Origin: an uncultured delta proteobacterium
GTDB lineage: Bacteria > Desulfobacterota > Binatia > Binatales > Binataceae
NCBI GenBank assembly: GCA_963724765.1
Contig: CAVRVY010000003.1
Span: 224,001-288,000, forward strand
Direction: 5' to 3'
DNA: 64,000 nt
Shown here one piece after another: positions 42,011 through 52,194 of this stretch. Position numbers and translations under genes: made by a program. Each line of letters opens with the position of its first letter. Positions within the stretch are counted from its first letter, which is position 1. The notes under the pieces were generated by a model. The model saw only the letters and a program-made list of their open reading frames with translations, was not told the origin of the DNA and ran no database searches.

Positions 42011-43804
42011 CTAACCGTGACGATGCGGAGATAGCCAGACTTGCTCCAGGCGCGTGGGGCGCATCGGGTTGAGTACGTAACCGTTCACCCAGGGCTGGCG
42101 GATCATGTAGGCCACCGGATTGTAGAGAAAGACCCACGGCGCGTCGGCAACCACGAGTTCCTCGGCCCGATTATATAGCGCATAGCGCTCGGCGCGGTCG
42201 GTCAGCGGCGCAGCCTCAGCCAGCAGTTTGTCGACCTCGGGATTGTTGTAAAAGGTATCGTTGTTGCCGCCCCACTGCTTGCGCGAGAACAGGACCTCGA
42301 GGAAGTTCTGCGGGTCGGAAAAATCGGCTTCCCATCCGAGGTCGACCATCGCCACGGTGTCAGGTTGGCGAATCGCTTCGAGGAGCGGCGCCCAAGCCAC
42401 CGGCTTGAGCTCGACGTGGACGCCGACCAGCGCCAGGTCTTGCTGGATCGCTTGGCCGATCATCATTTCAGTCCGATCGGCGCGCATCCATAGCGTCGGC
42501 GAAAAGCCCTTACCCACTCCCGCCTCCTCCAGCAGCAGCCGTGCCTTGGCAGGATCGTATGGATAGCCCCTTAAGCGCGGATTGAAGCCTGGCAGACCGG
42601 GCGGCAAGACGCCGTCGGCGACGACGCCGCGTCCGTTCAGCAGGGCGATTATCTTGTGCTTGTCGATCGCGTAGTTGAACGCACGCCGCACGCGAACGTC
42701 GTCGAACGGTTTCATCCCGCAGTTCATCCCGAGGTAGTCGGTCGCGATGTCCACGATGTGGAGCGTCAACGTGCGCAGATGCGGCGTCTTCATCACGTAC
42801 AGAAACTCGGCCGACGGAATTCTCGAAACGTCGATCGCCCCGGCTTCGAATTTGAGCCACTGCAAATCGTCGCTGACTCCGATTTCCTCGATCACCGCGT
42901 CCAGCCGCGGAACGCCCTTGATGAAGTACTCGGGATTCCTGACCAGCACCAATCGCTGGCCGCCGATCCACTGGGCAAGCTTGAACGGGCCGCTGCCGAC
43001 TACGTGGCTGGAGAAATCGTCGCCCCATCGCTCAACTACCTCGCGCGGCACCGCCGCCGCAAACGGCATCGCGAGCTTCTGCACGAAGATCGGATCGGGG
43101 CCGTCCAGATGAAAAACGATCGTCCACGGATCCGGCGTCGCGATACCGCCAACTTCGTGCGCACGCCCGGCCTGAAATTCCGCCGCTCCCATTATCTCGC
43201 GAAAATATTCCATCCCTTTCGAGCGCGTCGCCGGCTTGAGCACGCGCTCGATTTCGTACTTGAAATCGGCGGCGGTTACCGCGCGGCCGTTGGTGAAGTG
43301 GGCGTCGCGGCGCAGATGAAACGTGAAGACCCGGGCGTCGGGCGACCCCTCCCAGCTCGTCGCAATCTGCGGCACCAGGTCGACACCCCCGTCGCTGTAA
43401 CGGACCAGCGTGTCGAAAATCATCTGCTCGAAGGTCCACGAGGCGGTGTCATAGCCGGCGGCGGGGTCAAGCGTCGGCACGTCGTCCTGCACGGCGAGAT
43501 GGAGCACTTGCGCGCCGGGCGCAAAGCGCGGCATTGCCGATGCGCCCGCCCCGCCGCGGCATCCGGCGCCGCCGACGGCGGCGCCGGATGCCGCGGCGAG
43601 CCATAGCGCAGCCGCCGCCAGCGCGCGGAACGCGCGCTGGCGGCGGCTGCGCGAATCACCGCCGGCGCGGGCTGCGCCCGCGCCGTGAGCCGCGCGACCT
43701 GCGACCGCGAAGCGGTCGCAGGTCGCGAATTGCGCGGCGCCGGCTCCGCCGGCGCCGCCGCGGCCGGCGATGAGGCGGCGGCGCGGCACGCGCGGCCGCC
43801 TCAT
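42011..43804 (-). CDS. ABC transporter substrate-binding protein (peptide/nickel, family 5)
   Basis: TLDPA, IFDTLVRY, FTFHLRRDAHFTNG, VGSGPF, VRRAFNYAIDK, YDPAKARLLL; lipobox-like GAGC; ATGA-coupled to the permease. Confidence 0.9.
   Translation of the reverse strand: MRRPRVPRRRLIAGRGGAGGAGAAQFATCDRFAVAGRAAHGAGAARAGGDSRSRRQRAFRALAAAALWLAAASGAAVGGAGCRGGAGASAMPRFAPGAQVLHLAVQDDVPTLDPAAGYDTASWTFEQMIFDTLVRYSDGGVDLVPQIATSWEGSPDARVFTFHLRRDAHFTNGRAVTAADFKYEIERVLKPATRSKGMEYFREIMGAAEFQAGRAHEVGGIATPDPWTIVFHLDGPDPIFVQKLAMPFAAAVPREVVERWGDDFSSHVVGSGPFKLAQWIGGQRLVLVRNPEYFIKGVPRLDAVIEEIGVSDDLQWLKFEAGAIDVSRIPSAEFLYVMKTPHLRTLTLHIVDIATDYLGMNCGMKPFDDVRVRRAFNYAIDKHKIIALLNGRGVVADGVLPPGLPGFNPRLRGYPYDPAKARLLLEEAGVGKGFSPTLWMRADRTEMMIGQAIQQDLALVGVHVELKPVAWAPLLEAIRQPDTVAMVDLGWEADFSDPQNFLEVLFSRKQWGGNNDTFYNNPEVDKLLAEAAPLTDRAERYALYNRAEELVVADAPWVFLYNPVAYMIRQPWVNGYVLNPMRPTRLEQVWLSPHRHG
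43693..43727. repeat. Perfect 16-bp-stem hairpin with GAA loop
   Basis: CGCGACCTGCGACCGC-GAA-GCGGTCGCAGGTCGCG. Confidence 0.9.
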
Positions 43805-44622
43805 CGCCCGGCCCTCCCGCCACGCGCGCGCAAGTAACCGTAGCCAAGCAGGTTGAACCCCAGCACCGCGTAAAAAATCGCCAGCCCCGGAAAGGCCACG
43901 AGCCACGGCGCCGTGCGGAAGTAGATTAGTGCCTCTTCGATCATGCGACCCCAACTTGGTGTCGGCGGCGGCACGCCGAGGCTGAGAAAACTCAACCCCG
44001 CATCCAGCAGCAGCGTGCCGGAGGTACCGAGCACCGCCATCACCACGATAATCGGCATCACGTTGGGAAGCACATGGAGCACGATTAGCCGTGCCGGCGA
44101 GCCGCCCAGCGCGCGCGCCGCCGTCACGAAATCGCGCTCGGCCATCGACAACGTCTCGGCCCGCACCACTCGTGCGATTTGCGTCCACGAGACGAGGCCG
44201 ATCACCAGCAATACATTGAGCAAACTGGGATGCAGCACAGCGACGAACGCCATCGCGAGCAGCAACGCCGGCAGCGTCAGCATCACGTCGGTAAACCGCA
44301 TCAGCGCGAAATCGGCCGCGCCGCCGAAGAAGCCCGAGACCAACCCGATCGTCACCCCAATCGTCATCGTGATTGCCATCGCGGCCAGGCCGACGATCAG
44401 CGAGACGCGCGCGCCCCAGATGATACGCGATAGCACGTCGCGCCCCAGTTCGTCGGTGCCTAGCGGAAAGGTCGCCGACGGGCGGCCGGGGTCACCGTAG
44501 GTCGGCGCGACCGCGCGAGTCGGATCGTACGGCGCGAGCCGCGGCGCGAACAGCGCGGCCAGCAGCAGGCTCAGCACCATCGCCGCACCCACCAGCTCCA
44601 TCGCGTTGAGCCGCCCCGTCAT
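43801..44622 (-). CDS. Peptide ABC transporter permease (DppC/OppC-like)
   Basis: LGTDELGRDVLSR, EAA-like DFVTAARALG, PPTPSWG. Confidence 0.92.
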   Translation of the reverse strand: MTGRLNAMELVGAAMVLSLLLAALFAPRLAPYDPTRAVAPTYGDPGRPSATFPLGTDELGRDVLSRIIWGARVSLIVGLAAMAITMTIGVTIGLVSGFFGGAADFALMRFTDVMLTLPALLLAMAFVAVLHPSLLNVLLVIGLVSWTQIARVVRAETLSMAERDFVTAARALGGSPARLIVLHVLPNVMPIIVVMAVLGTSGTLLLDAGLSFLSLGVPPPTPSWGRMIEEALIYFRTAPWLVAFPGLAIFYAVLGFNLLGYGYLRARGGRAGR

Positions 44623-45548
44623 GCCATCTGACTCAGCCGGATTCGCGGATCAAGCCACGCGTAGAGCAGGTCAACCGCGAGGTTGGCGACGACGATCAGA
44701 AAAGCCGAGAAGAGCACCGTGCCCATGATGAGCGGGATGTCGAGATTGAATACCGCTTCGTAGGCAAGCCGCCCGATTCCCGGCCAGTTGAACACCGTCT
44801 CGGTGAGCACCACGCCGGAGAGCAGTCCCGCCAGGTCGAGCCCCGCCAGTGTGACCAGCGGCAGCGTAGCGTTGGCCATCGCGTGGCGGATGAGCACCTG
44901 TGCGGCAGAGAGTCCCTTGCCGCGCGCGGTGCGGATATAGTCCTGGTCCAATGCCTCGACCAGGTTGGTGTGCAGGATACGCGAATAGTAGCCAGCCGAG
45001 CCCAGCGCTAGCGCGATGGTCGGCAACATCAGGCTCTTAAGCCCGTCGAAGCCGCCCAACGGAAACGAGCGCAGGTAAAGTCCGCCCGCGATCAGCAGCA
45101 TCGTGCCGAGCCAGAAGACCGGTATCGAGATCAGCGCGAGCGAGACGATGAGCAGCAGGTTGTCGACAGCGCGCCCGCGCCACGCCGCCGCGACCATCCC
45201 CATCGGAATGCCCAGCGCGAGCGACAGCGCCATCGCGCACAGCGCCAGGATGGCGGTGGCGGGAAAACGGCTCAGGATCAGTTGCGTCACGCTCGCGCGC
45301 CGGATGTAAGAGCGGCCGAGGTCGCCGTGCAGCGCGCGGCCGAGATAGTGCGCGTACTGCAGATAAACCGGCTGGTCCAGGCCGAGTTGATGACGGATGG
45401 TGGCGAGGGTCTGCGGATCGGCCTTCGCACCCGCCATCGCGACCGCGGGGTCCGCCGGGATTACGAAGGCGATGGTGAAGGTGATGATGGAGGTGCCGAG
45501 CAGGACCGCGGCACCGTAGATGATTCGCCGGACGATGTAGGCGATCAT
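44619..45548 (-). CDS. Peptide ABC transporter permease (DppB/OppB-like)
   Basis: GLDQPVYLQY, GDLGRSY, DYIRTARGKGL, ETVFNWPGIG, LDPRIR. Confidence 0.92.
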   Translation of the reverse strand: MIAYIVRRIIYGAAVLLGTSIITFTIAFVIPADPAVAMAGAKADPQTLATIRHQLGLDQPVYLQYAHYLGRALHGDLGRSYIRRASVTQLILSRFPATAILALCAMALSLALGIPMGMVAAAWRGRAVDNLLLIVSLALISIPVFWLGTMLLIAGGLYLRSFPLGGFDGLKSLMLPTIALALGSAGYYSRILHTNLVEALDQDYIRTARGKGLSAAQVLIRHAMANATLPLVTLAGLDLAGLLSGVVLTETVFNWPGIGRLAYEAVFNLDIPLIMGTVLFSAFLIVVANLAVDLLYAWLDPRIRLSQMA

Positions 45549-45686
45549 TTTTTCACCAACATTTTTTTCGCCGATATTAGCGACGCCGCTCCGATGTCGC
45601 GGCTGCTGCCGCCGGAAGACAACAAATCTTTACTCCCCTTTCCTTTTAGCGGGGCGGGAATCAGGTTGGCACACTCCCCATTTTCT

Positions 45687-46007
45687 CTACATCGCGAGCA
45701 AACCTCGGGCGCGCAGTTCGCGCGCGAGTCTGAGCTCGGCGCGTTCGCGATGGCGTCGTGCGGCGCCGGCACTCGCGGAACCGTCATCAGTATTCGCGGT
45801 CTCGGTATTCGCGGTCTCGGTATTCGCCGCCTGCGTATTCGCCGCTTCGAGAGCGGCGCGCTCCTCGGGCCGCAGCGCCGTGATAATTTTCTCCATCTCG
45901 GCTCTGCGGGCAAGCTCGTTCGCAGCCAGCGCATCGGCGCTCGCATGCTTGAGCGCCCGCCAATGAGCGAGAAATGCCGCCAGCGATGCGTAGGCGTCGA
46001 GCTTCAT
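45687..46007 (-). CDS. Hypothetical protein with ANT(E/Q)(T/A) tandem repeat
   Basis: ATGA-coupled to the VIT1 gene; 15-bp repeat at ~45790-45845. Confidence 0.55.
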   Translation of the reverse strand: MKLDAYASLAAFLAHWRALKHASADALAANELARRAEMEKIITALRPEERAALEAANTQAANTETANTETANTDDGSASAGAARRHRERAELRLARELRARGLLAM

Positions 46008-46750
46008 GGCGCCGGAACGGATGCGCTGCCGCCCAGAGGGGCAATCGCCAGGCCGATGAGATACCCGGCCACCGCCGCACCCATCGCGATTGCCAGAAAA
46101 CGCAGCCCGGAAACGGCTCGTTTGCGCTGCGCGAGCCATCCCTGGAAATAGCCGACGGCGAATAGTGCCAGCGCCGTCGTCGCCATCGCGGCGATCAGCC
46201 CGAAATAATCGCCGGGCCCGGCGGACGGAATCAGGATGAACGGCAGCAGCGGCACCGTCGCGCCGACCAGGAACGCAACGCCCATCGTGATGCCGTCGGC
46301 GGCCGCGCTGCCCAGCGCCTGGCGGCTCATTCCGTACATCTTGACCTCGGCGGTCGAAAGTAACGCCTGGGGCGCGGAACTGAGTAGCTGGACTATACGG
46401 TAAGAGGACTCGCGGCTCAGCCCTTCGTGCTCAAGCTCGTGCAACAGGCGCTCCCGGAGCACATGGGGCTCGGCGGCGGCCTCCTCGCGCGAGCGTTCAA
46501 GCTCGCTGCTCAACACCTCGGTTTCGGCCCGCGTGCCGAGATACGCCCCGGCGCCCATCGAGAGCGCGCCGGCGGCGGTCGAGGCGAGCGCGGCGAGAAT
46601 CACTTGGCGATGGACGGCGACGGCGCCGCTTAAACCCGCGAGCACGCCGGCCGTGGTGAGAATTCCGTCCTGCATCCCGAAAACGATTTCGCGGATGCTG
46701 GAGAGACGCTCGATGAGGCGTTTCTTTTCAGTTGGATTGAGTGCCGCCAC
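46004..46750 (-). CDS. VIT1/CCC1 family Fe/Mn transporter
   Basis: REIVFGMQDG, AGALSMGAGAYL, VPLLPF. Confidence 0.88.
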   Translation of the reverse strand: MAALNPTEKKRLIERLSSIREIVFGMQDGILTTAGVLAGLSGAVAVHRQVILAALASTAAGALSMGAGAYLGTRAETEVLSSELERSREEAAAEPHVLRERLLHELEHEGLSRESSYRIVQLLSSAPQALLSTAEVKMYGMSRQALGSAAADGITMGVAFLVGATVPLLPFILIPSAGPGDYFGLIAAMATTALALFAVGYFQGWLAQRKRAVSGLRFLAIAMGAAVAGYLIGLAIAPLGGSASVPAP

Positions 46751-46756
46751 GCGCGC

Positions 46757-47299
46757 TCAGCCGGAATCGGAGTCGGTAGTTCTGGTCGACGGGGCCGGAT
46801 TACCGTCCGGTTCCCAATCCGCCGGACACATCCGCCCCGAGCGCAGCGCACGCACTACGCGCAAGGTCTCGCTCACGCTGCGGCCAACGTTCACCGGGCA
46901 TGCGACGCAGTAGACGATAAAGCGTTTGGAATCGAGGATGAAAGTCGCGCGCATCGCCAGCCCCGCGCTCTCGTCGAACACGCCGTACGCCCGTGCAAGC
47001 GCGCCGCCCTGGTCGGCCAGCAGCGGATAGCTGATTCCGCCCAGCTCGCGCGCCCAGCGCAAATGCGTCTGGACGTCGTCGACACTGATCGCGACGACAC
47101 TGGTATGCTCGGCGGCAAACGCCTCGTGCGACTTGTGGAAGCCGACGACCTCGGTCGGACAGATAAAAGAAAAGTCGTGCGGGTAGAAAAACAGCACGAT
47201 CATCTCGGAATCAATTTGGGAAAGGCGCAGGCGTCCGGCGCGATCGCCGGCCGCGCATGGCAGATCGAATGGCGGCGCAGTGTCTCCAGGCTTCAGCAT
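46757..47299 (-). CDS. Peroxiredoxin (AhpC/TSA, 2-Cys type)
   Basis: FFYPHDFSFICPTE, GRSVSETLR, CPADW. Confidence 0.9.
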   Translation of the reverse strand: MLKPGDTAPPFDLPCAAGDRAGRLRLSQIDSEMIVLFFYPHDFSFICPTEVVGFHKSHEAFAAEHTSVVAISVDDVQTHLRWARELGGISYPLLADQGGALARAYGVFDESAGLAMRATFILDSKRFIVYCVACPVNVGRSVSETLRVVRALRSGRMCPADWEPDGNPAPSTRTTDSDSG

Positions 47300-47325
47300 C
47301 TCCGCACCCGGTGCGGAGACTAAGG

Positions 47326-48057
47326 CTACTCGATCTGGTAGGTAATCGAAACGATCGCGGTGATCGTGACCTCGCCCGGACGTATGGGCGTCGCCGCGAA
47401 GTCCTGGGTCGGCGCCGGGCGCGCCTGGGCTTCGTTGGCGGCTCTCAGCACCCGCGCGAGCCTGACGCCGAGCGAGCGGGCGAGTGAGACGGCCTGCGCC
47501 TGCGCATCGAGCGTGGCCCGGGCGATCGCCTCGCTGCGCGACTTGGTCTCGTCGTCGAGGGCGAAGTCGAGATAGTTGATACGACTTGCGCCCGCGCCGA
47601 GCGCGGCATCGATCAGGGCCCCTACGATCCCGATAGCGGTGTCGACGGTAATCGAATTTTCGGCGCGATAGCCGGTCACTACCGGCTTCTCATGTCCCCG
47701 CGGATGCTCGTATTCCGGATAGAGCGAACAGACGCCGGCCCGGAGTCTGCCCTTGCCGCGCAATTGTTCCGCCAGCACGACGGACACCCTTCGTGCGAGT
47801 ATGGTGTTTTCCGCGGCGCTCTGCTGAGCGGAAAGCGCACGGGTTTCGATCGCCAGGTTGAGCAGGCCGCGGTCCGGGGCCACGCGCCACTCGCCGTTGC
47901 CAACGACCTCGATCGTGCGCATCGGCCTGCCGACGAGCGTCGACTGCCGGCTCTCGGCGGTTGGTGCGCCTGGCAGGGCCGCGATCCGTCCGGCCTGGAC
48001 TTCCACTACGGCAGTCTCGGACCTGCCGGTGGCCGCCAATTCGATAGGGACTGACAT
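47326..48057 (-). CDS. SIMPL (DUF541) domain protein, no obvious signal peptide
   Basis: TIEVVGNGE...[36 protein letters not shown]. Confidence 0.82.
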   Translation of the reverse strand: MSVPIELAATGRSETAVVEVQAGRIAALPGAPTAESRQSTLVGRPMRTIEVVGNGEWRVAPDRGLLNLAIETRALSAQQSAAENTILARRVSVVLAEQLRGKGRLRAGVCSLYPEYEHPRGHEKPVVTGYRAENSITVDTAIGIVGALIDAALGAGASRINYLDFALDDETKSRSEAIARATLDAQAQAVSLARSLGVRLARVLRAANEAQARPAPTQDFAATPIRPGEVTITAIVSITYQIE

Positions 48058-48228
48058 CTGTATTGCAGACTAACCTGTCGGCGGTGATGTTTCGCGCGCA
48101 GCGCGCGTCGCGCCGGCTATTATTATGAAATCCGTAGAGTCGAAGCGCGACAAATTGCCCGGGCGAGAGCCGGCTTTGGTGCATAGCTCAAAGAGCGGGC
48201 CGTCGAACGCGCGCCAGCCGCGCGCCGG

Positions 48229-49056
48229 CTACTGGATCTGGTAGGTGATCGAGACGGTCGCGGGGACCGTGACCTCGTTGGGCTGCACCGGGGTCGGCGC
48301 GCCCATCGACGAACTCATCGCCATCGCACCCATCCGCATCACCGGCATCGGCCTGCTTTCCGCTTCGGTGGTGGCTTTGACCACCGGGCCGAGCCTGACG
48401 CCAAGCGACTTGGCCAACGAGTCGGCCTGAGCCTGCGCGTCCTTGGCGGCCAGCGCTATCGCCTGGCTGCGGGCCTGGCTTTCGTCGCGCAGCGTGAAGT
48501 TGAGAAAGTTAATCCGATTGGCCCCGGCGTCGATCGCGGTGTCGATCAATCCGCCGAGCATCCCGATCTCGCCCGTCTCCACGGTGATCGAATTCTCGGC
48601 GCGGTAGCCGGTAACGACCGGCTTCTCGTTGGGCCGCGGCTCGTTGTATTCCGGATAGAGCGAATAGCCGCCGGTCCAAACCTTACCCTTGCCCTGGAGC
48701 TTGGTGGTCAGCGCGTCGACGACTTTTTGCGCGAGCGCCGCGTTCTGGCCCGCGCTCTGCTGTGCGGTCGGGGCATGAGTTTCGATCGCGAGGTTGAGCG
48801 AAGCGACATCCGGGGCCACGTGGGCCTCGCCGTTGCCGGTAACCTCGATCGTGCGCGCGCTCTGCGGCGGCGGGGGTAGAAGCGGCGCCGGCGGGAGCGG
48901 CGCAGGATTGATCGGTTCCGCGGCCGGCGCGCCGGCCGGCGTCATTATGAAAGCGATCGAGACGCCCGCCACAAGCGTAAGAAGGCCGCTAGCGCGGCGG
49001 CGATTGCCGGCCAATCGCGCCCGTCCGCCAGGCTCCGCGATGTGAAGCGTTTTCAT
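48229..49056 (-). CDS. SIMPL (DUF541) domain protein, exported
   Basis: GGAGGAG RBS; hydrophobic leader, Pro linker, TIEVTGNGEAHVAPD, GANRIN. Confidence 0.85.
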   Translation of the reverse strand: MKTLHIAEPGGRARLAGNRRRASGLLTLVAGVSIAFIMTPAGAPAAEPINPAPLPPAPLLPPPPQSARTIEVTGNGEAHVAPDVASLNLAIETHAPTAQQSAGQNAALAQKVVDALTTKLQGKGKVWTGGYSLYPEYNEPRPNEKPVVTGYRAENSITVETGEIGMLGGLIDTAIDAGANRINFLNFTLRDESQARSQAIALAAKDAQAQADSLAKSLGVRLGPVVKATTEAESRPMPVMRMGAMAMSSSMGAPTPVQPNEVTVPATVSITYQIQ

Positions 49057-49269
49057 CCGCACCTGCTCCTCCGCGCACCAGGTCGCATCAGGACTGTTGC
49101 CAAGGCCGCGCGCCGCCACCTAAGCTGCGGGCCAACAGACATCCACTGCGCAATAGTTGAGGAGCCAGCGGCGAAAGGCAAGGCCGTTGGGGCGCGCCGG
49201 GAATGGAAGCATCGCGCCGATGCTTTGACGGGCCGCGCAGTGTATTGTTCTCGGTTGGAAAACCATCGC

Positions 49270-50733
49270 ATGGCCGACAAACAGGACGAAAAGAAAGTCA
49301 CCCCGCGAAGCGTCGACTTCGCGGCCTGGTACAACGAGATAATCGCGCGCGCCGAACTCGCCGACCACTCGCCGGTGCGCGGATGTATCGTGTTCCGCCC
49401 CGACGGATTCGCGATCTGGGAGGCGCTGCGCGACGAACTCGACCGCCGAATCAAGAAGACCGGCGCGCGCAACGCCTACTTCCCGCTCTTCATCCCGCAA
49501 AGCTTCCTTCAAAAAGAGGCGCAACACGTCGAGGGCTTCGCGCCCGAGGTCGCCGTTGTGACCCACGGTGGCGGCAAGGAACTGGAAGAGCCGCTGATCG
49601 TGCGGCCGACTTCCGAGACGATCATCAACTATATGTTCGCGCAGTGGATCCATTCGCATCGCGACCTGCCGCTGATGATCAATCAGTGGTGCAACGTGGT
49701 GCGCTGGGAAATGCGCACGCGGCCGTTTTTGCGCACCACCGAATTTCTCTGGCAGGAAGGCCATACCGCGCACGCGACGAAAGAAGAGGCCGAGCGCGAG
49801 GCGCTCACGATGCTCGAGGTCTACCGCAGCTTCGTCGAGGACTATCTCGCGGTGCCGCTGGTGACCGGGCGCAAGAGCGCGGCCGAACGCTTCCCGGGCG
49901 CCGAGGAGACCTACTCGATAGAATCGCTGATGGGCGACGGACGGGCGCTGCAATGCGGCACCTCGCACTATCTGGGCGACAATTTCGCGCGCGCCTTCGA
50001 GATTCGCTTCCTCGATACGCAAAACCAGCTCCAGTATCCGCATCAGACCAGTTGGGGCGTATCGACGCGGCTGCTCGGCGCGATCATCATGAGCCACGGC
50101 GACGACCAGGGACTGCGCCTGCCGCCGGCGGTCGCGCCGTTCCAGGCCGTGGTCGTGCCGATTTGGCGTAAGGCCGAGGAAGGCGAGCCGGTGCTGGCCG
50201 CCGCGCGCGCGGCGCGCGACGTGCTGGAGGCGGCGGGCGTGCGCGTGCGGCTGGATGATCGCGAGGGGCTGACGCCGGGCTTCAAGTTCAATGACTGGGA
50301 AATGCGCGGCGTGCCGGTCAGGATCGAGATCGGCCCGCGCGACGTCGCCGCGCGCAACGCCGTACTCGCGCGCCGCGATCGCTCAGGCAAGGAAGGAAAA
50401 GTAATCGCATCGCTCGACGGCCTTGCGGCGCACTTAAGCGCGCTGCTCGATGAGGTACAAAAGAGCCTTTACGCGCAGGCGCGCGACGCGATGCACGCCA
50501 ACACGCGGGAATTCGACGACTACGCGAAGTTTCGCGCGCAGATGGAAGGCGAAGGCGGCGGCGGGATGGCCGACATCTACTGGTGCGGGAGCGCCGCGTG
50601 CGAGACACGGATTCGCGAGGAAACGCGCGCGACCTGCCGCGCGATCCCGCTGGAGCAAAGCGTCGCCGTCGGACGATGCCTGGTCTGCGGCGAATCGGCG
50701 AACGAGCGCGCCTTCTTCGCCAAGGCGTATTGA
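49270..50733 (+). CDS. proS: Proline--tRNA ligase (archaeal/eukaryotic-type)
   Basis: HVEGFAPE, RPTSET, QWCNVVRWE, FLRTTEFLWQEGHT, SWGVSTR, C-terminal FAKAY. Confidence 0.96.
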   Translation: MADKQDEKKVTPRSVDFAAWYNEIIARAELADHSPVRGCIVFRPDGFAIWEALRDELDRRIKKTGARNAYFPLFIPQSFLQKEAQHVEGFAPEVAVVTHGGGKELEEPLIVRPTSETIINYMFAQWIHSHRDLPLMINQWCNVVRWEMRTRPFLRTTEFLWQEGHTAHATKEEAEREALTMLEVYRSFVEDYLAVPLVTGRKSAAERFPGAEETYSIESLMGDGRALQCGTSHYLGDNFARAFEIRFLDTQNQLQYPHQTSWGVSTRLLGAIIMSHGDDQGLRLPPAVAPFQAVVVPIWRKAEEGEPVLAAARAARDVLEAAGVRVRLDDREGLTPGFKFNDWEMRGVPVRIEIGPRDVAARNAVLARRDRSGKEGKVIASLDGLAAHLSALLDEVQKSLYAQARDAMHANTREFDDYAKFRAQMEGEGGGGMADIYWCGSAACETRIREETRATCRAIPLEQSVAVGRCLVCGESANERAFFAKAY

Positions 50734-50813
50734 TCACTCTTTCGAATCATCGCGCGGACGATTCCGCACGGCGCGGAACGTTCGCGTCAAGCTACAGAGA
50801 AGGATATTTGACT

Positions 50814-52043
50814 ATGCCCACATCCAAACCGACCCACGTCCTTGACGGCTACAAAGTTCTGGACTTCACCCAGGCGCTAGCCGGTCCGACTGTGACACGG
50901 CTGATGGCCGAGCTCGGCGCCGACGTCATCAAGGTGGAAATTCCACCCAAGGGGGATTTCTCGCGCTCTTTTCCATTTCTGAAGGATGGACGAAGCGCGT
51001 ACTTCGTTCAGCAGAACCGCGGCAAGAAGAGCCTCTGCCTCGATCCCAAGAAACCCGAGGGTCTCGCAGTCATCAAGAAATTGCTGCCCACGATGGATGT
51101 CCTGCTCGAGAATTATTCGCCGGGAGCGATCGCGCGGATAGGTCTTGGCTGGGAGGAGGTCAGCAAGATCAATCCGCGGCTCATCATGTGCTCGGTCTCG
51201 GGATTCGGACAGACCGGCCCGCTCGCCAATCGCCCCGGCTACGATTACATCGGGATGAGCTACGCGGCCGTGACTTACATGATTGGCGATCCTAACGGGC
51301 CGCCGTCGTTCCCGATGCTCGGGCTGGGCGACGTGTCGACCGGAGTTCACGCGCTCGCCGCGATCGCCTGCGCGCTGCTGTATCGCGACAAGACCGGGCG
51401 CGGCCAGCACCTGGATGTGTCGCTCCTCGATAGCTACTTCCATTGCCACGAGTTGAACGTCCAGATGTACAGCGCAAGCGGCGGCAAGATAAAGCCCAAG
51501 CGCGCCGGCTCGAATCACACCGCCGTCCCGATCATCGGAATTTTCAGGGGCCGGGCGCCTGAGAGCTACCTGTTCATCATGGCGCCGGTGGACCATCAGT
51601 TCGCGGCGCTGTGCCGCACGATGGAACGGCCAGAACTGGCGGCCGATCCGCGGTTCACGACCGTAGTCGCGCGCGCCGCCAACCTCGCCGAGATCACTGG
51701 CATTATCCAGGCCTGGCTCGACTCGCAACCCGACGACGCAACGATCCTGCGCAAACTCGAGGCAAACCGGATTCCGGTGGCGCCGATTCTGTCGATCGAG
51801 GAGGCAGTGAACCATCCGCACCTGCGTGAGCGGCGGACGGTGCGGAAAATCCGCGACCGCATAATCGGCGAGTACGATATCCCGGGCGTGCCACTGCGCT
51901 TCTCCGATTTTCCGACCGAGCTTGATCTGCAAGCTCCACTTTTGGGCGAGCACAACGCCGAGATTCTCGGCCGTCTCGGCTACTCCGCGGATAGCATCAG
52001 CGAACTGGAGAAGGCGGGCATCCTGATGCGCGGCGACCGTTGA
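50814..52043 (+). CDS. CoA-transferase family III (CaiB/BaiF)
   Basis: [47 protein letters not shown]. Confidence 0.9.
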   Translation: MPTSKPTHVLDGYKVLDFTQALAGPTVTRLMAELGADVIKVEIPPKGDFSRSFPFLKDGRSAYFVQQNRGKKSLCLDPKKPEGLAVIKKLLPTMDVLLENYSPGAIARIGLGWEEVSKINPRLIMCSVSGFGQTGPLANRPGYDYIGMSYAAVTYMIGDPNGPPSFPMLGLGDVSTGVHALAAIACALLYRDKTGRGQHLDVSLLDSYFHCHELNVQMYSASGGKIKPKRAGSNHTAVPIIGIFRGRAPESYLFIMAPVDHQFAALCRTMERPELAADPRFTTVVARAANLAEITGIIQAWLDSQPDDATILRKLEANRIPVAPILSIEEAVNHPHLRERRTVRKIRDRIIGEYDIPGVPLRFSDFPTELDLQAPLLGEHNAEILGRLGYSADSISELEKAGILMRGDR

Positions 52044-52194
52044 TGCTCAAGGGTTCGGCTTCAGCGTCCGCACGATGCAGGCGTGGGAACAGGGTCGCGC
52101 CATCCCCGACCGTCCCGCACGCATCCTGCTGCGAGTGATCGAGAAATCCCCGAAGGCCGTTGAACGCGCAGTCGCTGCCGGCTGACGCGGCGGC

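Noticed and set aside
45790-45845. Short tandem repeats as a possible CRISPR array
   Set aside because: 15-bp contiguous in-frame coding units with no spacers; no cas genes in the window.
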